Source of the DNA: Macrostomum hystrix
Lineage: Eukaryota; Animalia; Platyhelminthes
Reading direction: 5' to 3'
Length of the DNA stretch: 64,000 bases
Assembly: GCA_950097015.1 (NCBI GenBank)
Contig: CATNEN010000038.1
Location: forward strand, 9,548,001-9,612,000
Positions 11,273-24,282 of this stretch are shown one piece after another. Each line of letters opens with the position of its first letter. Positions within the stretch are counted from its first letter, which is position 1. The position numbers and the translations under genes are program-made. The notes beneath the pieces were generated by a model that searched no databases, had not been told where the DNA came from, and saw only the letters and a list, made by a program, of their open reading frames with translations.

Positions 11273-14200
11273 GGCTGTGTTTTGTTAGGTTTCAGCGCTG
11301 TGTTTTGGTATGTTTCAAGGCTGTGTTTGGTAGGTTTCAGGGCTGTGTTTTGTTAGGTTTCAGCGCTGTGTTTTGGTATGTTTCAGGGCTGTGTTTGGTA
11401 GGTTTCAGGGCTGTGTTTGGTAGGTTTCAGGGCTGTGTTTTGGTATGTTTCAGGGCTGTGTTTTGGTATGTTTCAGGGCTGTGTTTTGTTTGATTTCAGG
11501 GCTGTGTTTTGGTATGTTTCAGGGCTGTGTTTGGTAGGTTTCAGGGCTGTGTTTTGTTAGGTTTCAGGGCTGTGTTTTGTTAGGTTTCAGGGCTGTGTTT
11601 GGTATGTTTCAGGGCTGTGTTTTGGTATGTTTCAGGGCTGTGTTTTGGTATGTTTCAGGGCTGTGTTTGGTAGGTTTCAGGGCTGTGTTTGGTATGTTTC
11701 AGGGCTGTGTTTGGTAGGTTTCAGGGCTGTGTTTGGTAGGTTTCAGGGCTGTGTTTTGTTAGGTTTCAGGGCTGTGTTTTGTTAGGTTTCAGTGCTGTGT
11801 TTTGATATGTTTCAGGGCTGTGTTTTGTTAGGTTTCAGGGCTATGCTTTGGTATGTTTCAGGGCTGTGCTTTGGTATGTTTCAGGACTGTGTTTTGGTAT
11901 GTTTCAGGGCTGTGTTTTGTTAGGTTTCAGGGCTGTGTTTGGTAGGTTTCAGGGCTGTGTTTTGTTAGGTTTCAGGGCTGTGTTTGGTAGGTTTCAGGGC
12001 TGTGTTTGGTAGGTTTCAGGGCTGTGTTTTGTTAGGTTTCAGGGCTGTGTTTTGTTAGGTTTCAGGGCTGTGTTTTGTTAGGTTTCAGGGCTGTGTTTTG
12101 TTAGGTTTCAGGGCTGTGTTTTGGTATGTTTCAGGGCTGTGTTTGGTAGGTTTCAGGGCTGTGTTTTGGTATGTTTCAGGGCTGTGTTTTGTTAGGTTTC
12201 AGGGCTGTGTTTTGTTAGATTTCAGGGCTGTGTTTTGGTATGTTTCAGGGCTGTGTTTTGGTAGGTTTCAGCGCTGTGTTTTGGTATGTTTCAGGGCTGT
12301 GTTTGGTAGGTTTCAGGGCTGTGTTTTGGTATGTTTCAGGGCTGTGTTTTGTTAGGTTTCAGGGCTGTGTTTTGGTATGTTTCAGGGCTGTGTTTTGGTA
12401 TTTTTCAGGGCTGTGTTTTGGTATTTTTCAGGGCTGTGTTTTGGTATTTTTCAGGGCTGTGTTTTGGTATGTTTCAGGGCTGTGTTTTGTTAGGTTTTAG
12501 CGCTGTGTTTTGTTAGGTTTTAGCGCTGTGTTTTGTTAGGTTTCAGGGCTGTGTTTTGTTAGGTTTCAGGGCTGTGTTTTGTTAGGTTTCAGGGGCTGTG
12601 TTTTAGTATGTTTCAGGGCTGTGTTTTGGTATGTTTCAGGGCTGTGTTTTGTTAGGTTTTAGCGCTGTGTTTTGTTAGGTTTCAGGGCTGTGTTTTGGTA
12701 TGTTTCAGGGCTGTGTTTGGTAGGTTTCAGGGCTGTGTTTTGGTATGTTTCAGGGCTGTGTTTTGGTATGTTTCAGGGCTGTGTTTTGTTAGGTTTTAGG
12801 GCTGTGTTTGGTAGGTTTCAGGGCTGTGTTTTGTTAGGTTTCAGGGCTGTGTTTTGGTATGTTTCAGGGCTGTGTTTTGTTAGGTTTCAGGGCCGTGTTT
12901 TGTTAGGTTTCAGGGCTGTGTTTTGTTAGGTTTCAGGGCTGTGTTTTGTTAGGTTTCAGGGCTGTGTTTGGTAGGTTTCAGGGCTGTGTTTTGGTATGTT
13001 TCAGGGCTGTGTTTTGGTATGTTTCAGGGCTGTGTTTTGTTAGGTTTCAGGGCTGTGTTTGGTAGGTTTCAGGGCTGTGTTTTGTTAGGTTTCAGGGCTG
13101 TGTTTTGGTATGTTTCAGGGCTGTGTTTTGTTAGGTTTCAGGGCCGTGTTTTGTTAGATTTCAGGGCTGTGTTTTGTTAGGTTTCAGGGCTGTGTTTTGT
13201 TAGGTTTCAGGGCTGTGTTTTGGTATGTTTCAGGGCTGTGTTTGGTAGGTTTCAGGGCTGTGTTTTGTTAGGTTTCAGGGCTGTGTTTGATAGGTTTCAG
13301 GGCTGTGTTTTGGTATGTTTCAGGGCTGTGTTTTGTTAGGTTTTAGCGCTGTGTTTTGTTAGGTTTCAGGGCTGTGTTTTGGTATGTTTCAGGGCTGTGT
13401 TTTGTTAGGTTTCAGGGCCGTGTTTTGTTAGGTTTCAGGGCTGTGTTTTGTTAGGTTTCAGGGCTGTGTTTTGTTAGGTTTCAGGGCTGTGTTTTGGTAT
13501 GTTTCAGGGCTGTGTTTGGTAGGTTTCAGGGCTGTGTTTTGTTAGGTTTCAGGGCTGTGTTTGGTAGGTTTCAGGGCTGTGTTTTGGTATGTTTCAGGGC
13601 TGTGTTTTGTTAGGTTTTAGCGCTGTGTTTTGTTAGGTTTCAGGGCTGTGTTTTGGTATGTTTCAGGGCTGTGTTTGGTAGGTTTCAGGGCTGTGTTTGG
13701 TAGGTTTCAGGGCTGTGTTTTGTTAGGTTTCAGGGCTGTGTTTGGTAGGTTTCAGGGCTGTGTTTTGGTATGTTTCAGGGCTGTGTTTTGGTATGTTTCA
13801 GGGCTGTGTTTTGTTAGGTTTCAGGGCTGTGTTTGGTAGGTTTCAGGGCTGTGTTTTGGTATGTTTCAGGGCTGTGTTTTGTTAGGTTTCAGGGCCGTGT
13901 TTTGTTAGATTTCAGGGCTGTGTTTTGTTAGGTTTCAGGGCTGTGTTTTGTTAGGTTTCAGGGCTGTGTTTTGGTATGTTTCAGGGCTGTGTTTGGTAGG
14001 TTTCAGGGCTGTGTTTTGTTAGGTTTCAGGGCTGTGTTTGATAGGTTTCAGGGCTGTGTTTTGGTATGTTTCAGGGCTGTGTTTTGTTAGGTTTTAGCGC
14101 TGTGTTTTGTTAGGTTTCAGGGCTGTGTTTTGGTATGTTTCAGGGCTGTGTTTGGTAGGTTTCAGGGCTGTGTTTGGTAGGTTTCAGGGCTGTGTTTTGT

Positions 14201-17200
14201 TAGGTTTCAGGGCTGTGTTTGGTAGGTTTCAGGGCTGTGTTTTGGTATGTTTCAGGGCTGTGTTTTGGTATGTTTCAGGGCTGTGTTTTGTTAGGTTTCA
14301 GGGCTGTGTTTGGTAGGTTTCAGGGCTGTGTTTTGGTATGTTTCAGGGCTGTGTTTTGTTAGGTTTTAGCGCTGTGTTTTGTTAGGTTTCAGGGCTGTGT
14401 TTTGGTATGTTTCAGGGCTGTGTTTTGTTAGGTTTCAGGGCCGTGTTTTGTTAGGTTTCAGGGCTGTGTTTTGTTAGGTTTCAGGGCTGTGTTTTGTTAG
14501 GTTTCAGGGCTGTGTTTTGGTATGTTTCAGGGCTGTGTTTGGTAGGTTTCAGGGCTGTGTTTTGTTAGGTTTCAGGGCTGTGTTTGGTAGGTTTCAGGGC
14601 TGTGTTTTGGTATGTTTCAGGGCTGTGTTTTGTTAGGTTTTAGCGCTGTGTTTTGTTAGGTTTCAGGGCTGTGTTTTGGTATGTTTCAGGGCTGTGTTTT
14701 GTTAGGTTTCAGGGCCGTGTTTTGTTAGGTTTCAGGGCTGTGTTTTGTTAGGTTTCAGGGCTGTGTTTTGTTAGGTTTCAGGGCTGTGTTTTGGTATGTT
14801 TCAGGGCTGTGTTTGGTAGGTTTCAGGGCTGTGTTTTGTTAGGTTTCAGGGCTGTGTTTGGTAGGTTTCAGGGCTGTGTTTTGGTATGTTTCAGGGCTGT
14901 GTTTTGTTAGGTTTTAGCGCTGTGTTTTGTTAGGTTTCAGGGCTGTGTTTTGGTATGTTTCAGGGCTGTGTTTTGTTAGGTTTCAGGGCCGTGTTTTGTT
15001 AGGTTTCAGGGCTGTGTTTTGTTAGGTTTCAGGGCTGTGTTTTGTTAGGTTTCAGGGCTGTGTTTTGGTATGTTTCAGGGCTGTGTTTGGTAGGTTTCAG
15101 GGCTGTGTTTTGTTAGGTTTCAGGGCTGTGTTTGGTAGGTTTCAGGGCTGTGTTTTGGTATGTTTCAGGGCTGTGTTTTGTTAGGTTTTAGCGCTGTGTT
15201 TTGTTAGGTTTCAGGGCTGTGTTTTGGTATGTTTCAGGGCTGTGTTTGGTAGGTTTCAGGGCTGTGTTTGGTAGGTTTCAGGGCTGTGTTTTGTTAGGTT
15301 TCAGGGCTGTGTTTGGTAGGTTTCAGGGCTGTGTTTTGGTATGTTTCAGGGCTGTGTTTTGGTATGTTTCAGGGCTGTGTTTTGTTAGGTTTCAGGGCTG
15401 TGTTTGGTAGGTTTCAGGGCTGTGTTTTGTTAGGTTTCAGGGCTGTGTTTTGTTAGGTTTCAGGGCTGTGTTTGGTAGGTTTCAGGGCTGTGTTTTGGTA
15501 TGTTTCAGGGCTGTGTTTTGGTATGTTTCAGGGCTGTGTTTTGTTAGGTTTCAGGGCTGTGTTTGGTAGGTTTCAGGGCTGTGTTTTGTTAGGTTTCAGG
15601 GCTGTGTTTTGGTATGTTTCAGGGCTGTGTTTTGTTAGGTTTCAGGGCCGTGTTTTGTTAGATTTCAGGGCTGTGTTTTGTTAGGTTTCAGGGCTGTGTT
15701 TTGTTAGGTTTCAGGGCTGTGTTTTGGTATGTTTCAGGGCTGTGTTTGGTAGGTTTCAGGGCTGTGTTTTGTTAGGTTTCAGGGCTGTGTTTGATAGGTT
15801 TCAGGGCTGTGTTTTGGTATGTTTCAGGGCTGTGTTTTGTTAGGTTTTAGCGCTGTGTTTTGTTAGGTTTCAGGGCTGTGTTTTGGTATGTTTCAGGGCT
15901 GTGTTTTGTTAGGTTTCAGGGCCGTGTTTTGTTAGGTTTCAGGGCTGTGTTTTGTTAGGTTTCAGGGCTGTGTTTTGTTAGGTTTCAGGGCTGTGTTTTG
16001 GTATGTTTCAGGGCTGTGTTTGGTAGGTTTCAGGGCTGTGTTTTGTTAGGTTTCAGGGCTGTGTTTGGTAGGTTTCAGGGCTGTGTTTTGGTATGTTTCA
16101 GGGCTGTGTTTTGTTAGGTTTTAGCGCTGTGTTTTGTTAGGTTTCAGGGCTGTGTTTTGGTATGTTTCAGGGCTGTGTTTGGTAGGTTTCAGGGCTGTGT
16201 TTGGTAGGTTTCAGGGCTGTGTTTTGTTAGGTTTCAGGGCTGTGTTTGGTAGGTTTCAGGGCTGTGTTTTGGTATGTTTCAGGGCTGTGTTTTGGTATGT
16301 TTCAGGGCTGTGTTTTGTTAGGTTTCAGGGCTGTGTTTGGTAGGTTTCAGGGCTGTGTTTTGGTATGTTTCAGGGCTGTGTTTTGTTAGGTTTCAGGGCC
16401 GTGTTTTGTTAGATTTCAGGGCTGTGTTTTGTTAGGTTTCAGGGCTGTGTTTTGTTAGGTTTCAGGGCTGTGTTTTGGTATGTTTCAGGGCTGTGTTTGG
16501 TAGGTTTCAGGGCTGTGTTTTGTTAGGTTTCAGGGCTGTGTTTGATAGGTTTCAGGGCTGTGTTTTGGTATGTTTCAGGGCTGTGTTTTGTTAGGTTTTA
16601 GCGCTGTGTTTTGTTAGGTTTCAGGGCTGTGTTTTGGTATGTTTCAGGGCTGTGTTTGGTAGGTTTCAGGGCTGTGTTTGGTAGGTTTCAGGGCTGTGTT
16701 TTGTTAGGTTTCAGGGCTGTGTTTGGTAGGTTTCAGGGCTGTGTTTTGGTATGTTTCAGGGCTGTGTTTTGGTATGTTTCAGGGCTGTGTTTTGTTAGGT
16801 TTCAGGGCTGTGTTTGGTAGGTTTCAGGGCTGTGTTTTGGTATGTTTCAGGGCTGTGTTTTGTTAGGTTTCAGGGCCGTGTTTTGTTAGATTTCAGGGCT
16901 GTGTTTTGTTAGGTTTCAGGGCTGTGTTTTGTTAGGTTTCAGGGCTGTGTTTTGGTATGTTTCAGGGCTGTGTTTGGTAGGTTTCAGGGCTGTGTTTTGT
17001 TAGGTTTCAGGGCTGTGTTTGATAGGTTTCAGGGCTGTGTTTTGGTATGTTTCAGGGCTGTGTTTTGTTAGGTTTTAGCGCTGTGTTTTGTTAGGTTTCA
17101 GGGCTGTGTTTTGGTATGTTTCAGGGCTGTGTTTTGTTAGGTTTCAGGGCCGTGTTTTGTTAGGTTTCAGGGCTGTGTTTTGTTAGGTTTCAGGGCTGTG

Positions 17201-17862
17201 TTTTGTTAGGTTTCAGGGCTGTGTTTTGGTATGTTTCAGGGCTGTGTTTGGTAGGTTTCAGGGCTGTGTTTTGTTAGGTTTCAGGGCTGTGTTTGGTAGG
17301 TTTCAGGGCTGTGTTTTGGTATGTTTCAGGGCTGTGTTTTGTTAGGTTTTAGCGCTGTGTTTTGTTAGGTTTCAGGGCTGTGTTTTGGTATGTTTCAGGG
17401 CTGTGTTTGGTAGGTTTCAGGGCTGTGTTTGGTAGGTTTCAGGGCTGTGTTTTGTTAGGTTTCAGGGCTGTGTTTGGTAGGTTTCAGGGCTGTGTTTTGG
17501 TATGTTTCAGGGCTGTGTTTTGGTATGTTTCAGGGCTGTGTTTTGTTAGGTTTCAGGGCTGTGTTTGGTAGGTTTCAGGGCTGTGTTTTGTTAGGTTTCA
17601 GGGCTGTGTTTTGGTATGTTTCAGGGCTGTGTTTTGTTAGGTTTCAGGGCTGTGTTTTGGTATGTTTCAGGGCTGTGTTTTGTTAGGTTTCAGGGCCGTG
17701 TTTTGTTAGGTTTCAGGGCTGTGTTTTGTTAGGTTTCAGGGCTGTGTTTTGGTAGGTTTCAGGGCTGTGTTTTGGAAGGTTTCAGGGCTGTGTTTTAGTA
17801 TGTTTCAGGGCTGTGTTTTGGTATGTTTCAGGGCTGTGTTTTGTTAGGTTTCAGGGCCGTGT
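11273..17862 (+). repeat. Minisatellite, 22/23-bp unit GGGCTGTGTTT(T)GKTAKGTTTCA (~290 copies) with higher-order structure
   Basis: Direct tandem repetition. Identical spurious ORFs recur at 477-bp and 2504-bp offsets. Confidence 0.97.
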
Positions 17863-18154
17863 AAAATGACTATTAGCATAATTTTTCATCTTTATGCTGT
17901 GTGCATGTAGGCAGTTTTCACTTGTTAAAAGCGTTTTACTTTTCGCATTCGAAAACCGCTTAGCCTCACTTTTAGCCGTGTCCCTCAAAGTGCAGCCTTT
18001 GTCTATGGCACAAAGTAAGTGCTTTGCCCGACTGGGCCGACTCATTCAGTCTATAGCTATTGGGTTTCCTTTTTAATCTGTCTGCTTGACTGAGCGAGCG
18101 AGAACAGCAGCTGACTCGGCTGAGCCTTACAAGTAAGCTGTACACTGAGTTGCC

Positions 18155-18787
18155 ATGCCAACTGCTCTAGCTGACAGTGCCGCCTGCTCTTCAGCGCTGA
18201 CGCTGCATCCGGAGCTACCAACTGGCTTGGGGCAGGAGCAGTCAGGATTTCTCACCGTCGTCAGCAAGGTGTCTCGCTGGATCGCCGCCTCGGACTGCCA
18301 CGTGCGCTGCCTGTTCGCCGAGGACCGGTCCACGTCCACAACGGCCACTCAGCTATCACCGTCTGTCATGAGCGAAGAAGCCGGCGAGGTGGAGCGAACG
18401 GCGCTAGCCGAGCGACTCCGTCAGGACGCCGTGGACCGGGCGGCTCGAATCTCTCAGCATCTGAACTCAGGTCCAGCCGAGAGTCAGGCTAACAATCACG
18501 GTCGGCATAGCAACAGAAGCGATCATAGCCAGATGACTTTTAGAGGCGGATGCAATAAAATCTACAAAGTAAAAACCAACACGAAACGTAATATGCATCG
18601 CAGCGGTCGTCAAGGCAACTGCAACGCGATCGGCGACCAGCAGCGGCCTGACTTGTCTGACGGTACGTTTAATATTCTAAGATTTGACTCGAACTCCAGG
18701 TCCTGCCGTCTGCGAGTGACCATCGTGCTGGAATTGCCCAGAGCTACGGAACATTCTGGAAAAGTCACGGCGCAGCGCCAGACCTGA
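18155..18787 (+). CDS. Uncharacterised ORF (210 aa; may be spliced in its 3' half)
   Basis: GC-rich coding-like composition over 18155-18470. No domain recognised; exon structure uncertain. Confidence 0.3.
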   Translation: MPTALADSAACSSALTLHPELPTGLGQEQSGFLTVVSKVSRWIAASDCHVRCLFAEDRSTSTTATQLSPSVMSEEAGEVERTALAERLRQDAVDRAARISQHLNSGPAESQANNHGRHSNRSDHSQMTFRGGCNKIYKVKTNTKRNMHRSGRQGNCNAIGDQQRPDLSDGTFNILRFDSNSRSCRLRVTIVLELPRATEHSGKVTAQRQT

Positions 18788-19230
18788 CCCGGCCTAGTCC
18801 AGACAGCTGGACGTGCCTAGTAACCTCACAGCAACGCGCTATTCAATTCAGTGTTTACCGGTTTAACCGCAGCAGAGTTTCGATTCGCCTCGCACTTTTA
18901 ACGACTCTCTTAGACTGAGAATCTAAAAGAATGCTATTTAAATCGAGTTGCGACCCTGAGCGAATTGTTTTTACACACAAACTAAACCCTCACAGCCCGC
19001 CTTGGTATGCAGTTAATCTCGCCCGTAGCAACTGTATCAGAGTCGCTTTCGAATAAAAAAATTAAATTTACATATTTTTGTTTCTTTATTGCATGTGCAG
19101 TTATACGCTTAAAATAATCTGCCTTTTAACACTTTTTTAATTACTTGTGCAAAGCTGACGATCTTCGGGCTATCGGAACTGGTTTTTAACACCCGCTCAA
19201 GGAAACACTTAAAATATTTGAGTGGTTTAT

Positions 19231-19433
19231 TCGTTTCTTGGAATGAGTGCTGAGATCATTTCTTGGAATGAGTGCTGAGATCGTTTCTTGGAATGAGTGC
19301 TGAGATCATTTCTTGGAATGAGTGCTGAGATCATTTCTTGGAATGAGTGCTGAGATCATTTCTTGGAATGAGTGCTGAGATCGTTTCTTGGAATGAGTGC
19401 TGAGATCATTTCTTGGAATGAGTGCTGAGATCA
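19231..19433 (+). repeat. Minisatellite, 25-bp unit TTTCTTGGAATGAGTGCTGAGATCA (8 copies)
   Basis: Direct tandem repetition. Confidence 0.95.
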
Positions 19434-19776
19434 TATTTTTCAAATTTAAATAAGCACTTTGTTTTAATAGTAAAAATCTAGATTTACTGAAACACTATGG
19501 TGTTGGACAAATATAGACTAAAATCTTATGTTATTATACTCGTGCATTTTTTTAATTCATTAAAAACCATTAAATGCTGCTTTCACATAACAATGCATTA
19601 ATGAGCTGTAAAATTTCGCAACATAAAAGGGCCAATCAGTAAGCATGGTAAGATGCGGTTTTCCTACAACTTTACAATACTTTGCAATAATAAATAATAA
19701 ATAAGAAATAAAAATATTACGTTGCGCTAAAAGTACAAACTGTCCAAACAGTGACGGACGGTCCGTGGCAAAACTA

Positions 19777-22700
19777 TCACTGCTCAGTATGAGGCGACAG
19801 CAGCTGTAGCAGCTCCACAGCAGAGGGTCGCACATCCGGGTCCACCTCCGTCAGTCGGCTGAACATGCCGACAATGGCCAGGAGCAGCTTGTCGCTGGAG
19901 TCCGGAGAATCGACGGCCTGCTCATCAAGCAGCCAGGCGGGCAGCGGGGGTCGCGTGCCCAGCCGCTGACTCAGCAGGTCGTCGATTGACATGGCCGAGT
20001 CTTCAAAGATGGAAGCCTCGGCGGAAGCGGCCGACGAAGCTACCGAAGAAATCGACAATGCCAGGCGACTGCGGCTATAATCGTCGGCGGCCCGCTGGCG
20101 AAACAGGTCCCCATGCGGCAGGTCCAGGGTTAGCAGCTCGAACAGCACCATGCCCAGGCTCCACATATCCGCTTTGTGACCGAAGCGATCGCCGCGTAGA
20201 GCCTGCGGAGTGAGGTGGTTGGCTTGGAGTAAGGTGGGTGGCTTGGAGTGAGGTGGGTGGCTTGGAGTGAGATGGGTGGCTTGGAGTGACGTGGGTGGCT
20301 TGGAGTGAGATGGGTGGCTTTGAGTGAGATGGTGTGCTTGGAGTGAGGTGGAGTAGCTTCGAGTGACGGGGGTAGCTTCGAGTGAGGAGGCGTAGCCTTA
20401 AGTGGGTGGGGTACATTTGAGTGACGCCGTAGCCCGAAGCTTGGAGTGAGGTGGCATTGCCTTGCGTAAAGTGGGTTATCTTAGAGTGAGGTCAGGTAAC
20501 TTAGAGTAAGGTGGGGTAGCTTTGAGTGAGGTGGGGTATCATAGAGTGAGGTGGGGTATCATAGAGTGAGGTGGGGTATCATAGAGTGAGGTGGGGTATC
20601 ATAGAGTAAGGTGGGGTATCATAGAGTGAGGTGGGGTATCATAGAGTAAGGTGGGGTATCATAGAGTGAGGTGGGGTCGCTTTGAGTGAGGTCGGGTATC
20701 TTTAAGTGAGGTAGGCATCTTAGAGGAAGGTGGGGTAGATTGGAGTGACGTGGGTAGCTTTGAGTGGTGTGGGGTAGCTTTGAGTGAGGTCGGGTAACTT
20801 AGAGTGAGGTGGGTATCTTAGAGTGAGGTGGGTATCTTAGAGTGAGGTGGGTAACTTAGAGTGAGGTGGGTATCTTAGAGTGAGGTGGGTATCTTAGAGT
20901 GAGGTGGGTATCTTAGAGTGAGGTGGGGTATCTGAGAGTCAGGTGGGGTAGATTGGAGTGAGGTGGGTGTCTTAGAGTGAGGCGGGTTAGCTTTGAGTGA
21001 GGTGGGGTATCTTGGAGTGAGGTGGGCATCTTGGAGTGAGGTGGGTATCTAAGAGTGGTGGGGTAGCTTGGAGTGAGGTGGGTATCTAAGAGTGGTGGGG
21101 TAGCTAGGAGTGAGGTGGGTATCTTCGAGTGAGGTTTAGGTAGGAGCTGCAGGCTATTCGCTAGAGTCAGACCTCTGGCGCGGCCCATAGCTCGGTGCCC
21201 TTGAACTGAGAGCCTGTTGGGGCCTCGAGCCGCTCGCCAGTCAAAGGCAGGGCCGAGCCAAAGTCGCACAGCCTCAGTCGACCATCGTCCGTCAGCAGCA
21301 AGTTTGCGCTTTTTAAGTCGCCGTGCATCAGCTTTTGCTCATTGTGCAGGTAACGCAGGGCATCAGCAGCCTGCGTTGCCATAGAGACGATAAACTCAGG
21401 TGCGAACGGACGTAAGGGCTAAAAAGTAAAAAAAGATACGTAAGCCAGTGCAGCAGCAAAAAGTCAGCACGCATTCAGGTATTCAGAAAGCATTAGCCGC
21501 ACCTTGGATAGCTCAGGCTGCAAAGAAGTTTCCAAATCGCGACTTTCTTCTTGACGCTCCTCGATGGCTTCCATTAGAGAGCGACCACCGAACTGCATCA
21601 GCAAGGACGTGGCAACGCCGCGCGATGTGTCCACCAGTAGGCCGCGGTAGCCGATAATGCCAGGGTGGTTCAGCCGCGCCAGGACGTCCGCCTCGCAGAC
21701 CAGGCGCTGAGCCAGGCCAGAGTCCACTGCGGCCTTCTTAGGGATGCGCGGATTTGCCTGCGGGTTTCAGCGAAGGAGTTTCGTTTTAAGTATATGTGGG
21801 GACAAGCTTAGGCTCCTACCTGAATACAGATTTGAGTCTTTCTACCTACAGTCTCGATTTGAGTCCTAATAGCAGTCCCGGTTAGAATCCTAATTGCAGT
21901 CTCGAATTGAGTCCTAATCGCAGTCACGAATTGAGTCCTAATTGCAGTCTCGAATTGAGTCCTAATTGCAGTCTCGAATTGAGTCCTAATCGCAGTCACG
22001 AATTGAGTCCTAATTGCAGTCTCGAATTGAGTCCTAATTGCAGTCTCGAATTAAGTCCTAATTGCAGTCACGAATTGAGTCCTAATTGCAGTCTCGAATT
22101 GAGTCCTAATTGCAGTCTCGAATTGAGTCCTAATTGCAGTCTCGAATTGAGTCCTAATTGCAGTCACGAATTGAGTCCTAATTGCAGTCTCGAATTGAGT
22201 CCTAATTGCAGTCTCGAATTGAGTCCTAATTGCAGTCTCGAATTGAGTCCTAATTGCAGTCTCGATTTGAGCCCTAATTGCAGTCCGGATTTGAACCATA
22301 ATTTCAGCCTCGATTTGAGCCCTAATTGCAGTCCGGATTTGAACCATAATTTCAGCCTCGATTAGAGTCCTAATTGCAGTCAGGATTTGAGCCCTAATTG
22401 CAGTCCGGATTTGAGCCCTAATTGCAGTCCGGATTTGAGCCCTAATTGCAGTCTCGAATTGAGTCCTAATTGCAGTCACGAATTGAGTCCTAATCGCAGT
22501 CTCGAATTGAGTCCTAATTGCAGTCTCGAATTAAGTCCTAATTGCAGTCACGAATTGAGTCCTAATTGCAGTCTCGAATTGAGTCCTAATTGCAGTCTCG
22601 AATTGAGTCCTAATTGCAGTCTCGAATTGAGTCCTAATTGCAGTCACGAATTGAGTCCTAATTGCAGTCTCGAATTGAGTCCTAATTGCAGTCTCGAATT

Positions 22701-24282
22701 GAGTCCTAATTGCAGTCTCGAATTGAGTCCTAATTGCAGTCTCGATTTGAGCCCTAATTGCAGTCCGGATTTGAACCATAATTTCAGCCTCGATTTGAGC
22801 CCTAATTGCAGTCCGGATTTGAACCATAATTTCAGCCTCGATTTGAGCCCTAATTGCAGTCCGGATTTGAACCATAATTTCAGCCTCGATTAGAGTCCTA
22901 ATTGCAGTCAGGATTTGAGCCCTAATTGCAGTCCGGATTTGAGCCCTAATTGCAGTCCGGATTTGAGCCCTAATTGCAGTCTCGAATTGAGTCCTAATTG
23001 CACTCACGAATTGAGTCCTAATCGCAGTCTCGAATTGAGCCCTACTTGCAGTCCGGATTTGAACCCTAATTGCAGTCCGGATTTGAGCCCTAATTGCAGT
23101 CCGGATTTGAACCCTAATTTCAGCCTCGATTAGAGTCCTAATTGCAATCCGGATTTGAGCCCTAATTGCAGTCCGGATTTGAACCCTAGTTTCAGCCTCG
23201 ATTTGAGCCCTAATTGCAGTCTCGATTTGAGCCCTAATTGCAGTCTCGAATCGAGCCCTAATTGCAGTCTCGAATTGAGCCCTAATTGCAGTCCGGATTT
23301 GAACCCTAATTTCAGCCTCGATTTGAACCCTAATTGCAGTCTCGATTTGAGCCCTAATTGCAGTCCGGATATGAGCCCTAATTGCAGTCCGGATTTGAGC
23401 CCTAATTGCAGTCCGGATTTGAGCCCTAATTGCAGTCCGGATTTGAGCCCTAATTGCAGTCCGGATATGAGCCCTAATTGCAGTCCGGATTTGAGCCCTA
23501 ATTGCAGTCCGGATTTGAGCCCTAATTGCAGTCCGGATATGAGCCCTAATTGCAGTCAGGATTTGAGCCCTAATTGCAGTCCGGATTTGAGCCCTAATTG
23601 CAGTCTTGATTTGAACCCTAATTGCAGTCCGGATTTGAGCCCTAATTGCAGTCCGGATTTGAGCCCTAATTGCAGTCTTGATTTGAGTCTTAATTGCAGT
23701 CCCGGAAAGATTCCCAATTGCAGTCTCGAATTGAGTCCTAATTGCAGTCTCGAATTGAGTCCTAATTGCAGTCTCGAATTGAGTCCTTATTGCATTCTCG
23801 ATTTGAGTCCTAATTGCAGTTTGGATTTGTTGAGTACTAATCGCGGTCCATTTTTTAGTCCTCAGAATACACAAGTCTCGATTTGAGTCCTCATTATAGA
23901 CTAAATGAGTTTGGTATAGTTTGAACTTTAAAACATGTCTGTCTTCTAATTTCGAAATCTAGCTGGTTGGCTAAATTCTTTGCTTAATTCAATATAAACT
24001 TGACCTAAACCAGATTACATAACCTAGTGCTCTAGGACCTGAGTTCATTCTTAAATCACAATTGATACATTTAACGATAAAATGAGCTTTAAAAATGGGA
24101 TAACTTACTTGCTTAGCAGCCCATGGCGAGCGGTAAGGACTGTCAGTGTGGGTGCGTGGTCGCTCCAGGCAGATAACCTCCACACCAGTGCCCAGCCCGA
24201 GTGGCTTTGACACAGCTGGAGGTGGCAAAGGTGGCAGCGGAGATGATAAGAGCTGCCCCGACTGATTTTCATTGGCACTCAT
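19777..24282 (-). CDS. PBK: PBK/TOPK-like Ser/Thr kinase (exons 24282-24109, 21757-21503, 21418-21173, 20202-19777; ~366 aa)
   Basis: PBK-type N-lobe LGLGTGVEV...SPWAAK, plus HGDLKSAN, DFG, GTELWAAPE and KADMWSLG. All three GT-AG introns are phase 0 and keep the frame. Confidence 0.85.
20205..21140 (+). repeat. Degenerate 19-20-bp minisatellite (GAGTGAGGTGGG(G)TATCWTA) filling PBK intron 3
   Basis: Tandem G-rich units between kinase exons. Confidence 0.9.
21830..23895 (+). repeat. 24-bp minisatellite (GAGYCCTAATTGCAGTCYSGAWTT) filling PBK intron 1
   Basis: Tandem 24-bp unit, which gives the spurious LSPNCSLE / TAIRTQFE ORFs. Confidence 0.95.

Noticed and set aside
11305-17686. Repeated ORFs (GFRAVFWYVSGLC...)
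   Set aside because: Translations of satellite DNA, mostly with non-ATG starts.
7766-17862. CRISPR array
   Set aside because: Units are contiguous with no unique spacers, there are no cas genes, and the context is eukaryotic.
21808-23886. Long repetitive ORFs on both strands (LSPNCSLE / TAIRTQFE, up to 447 aa)
   Set aside because: A 24-bp unit without stops inside PBK intron 1; no independent gene signals.
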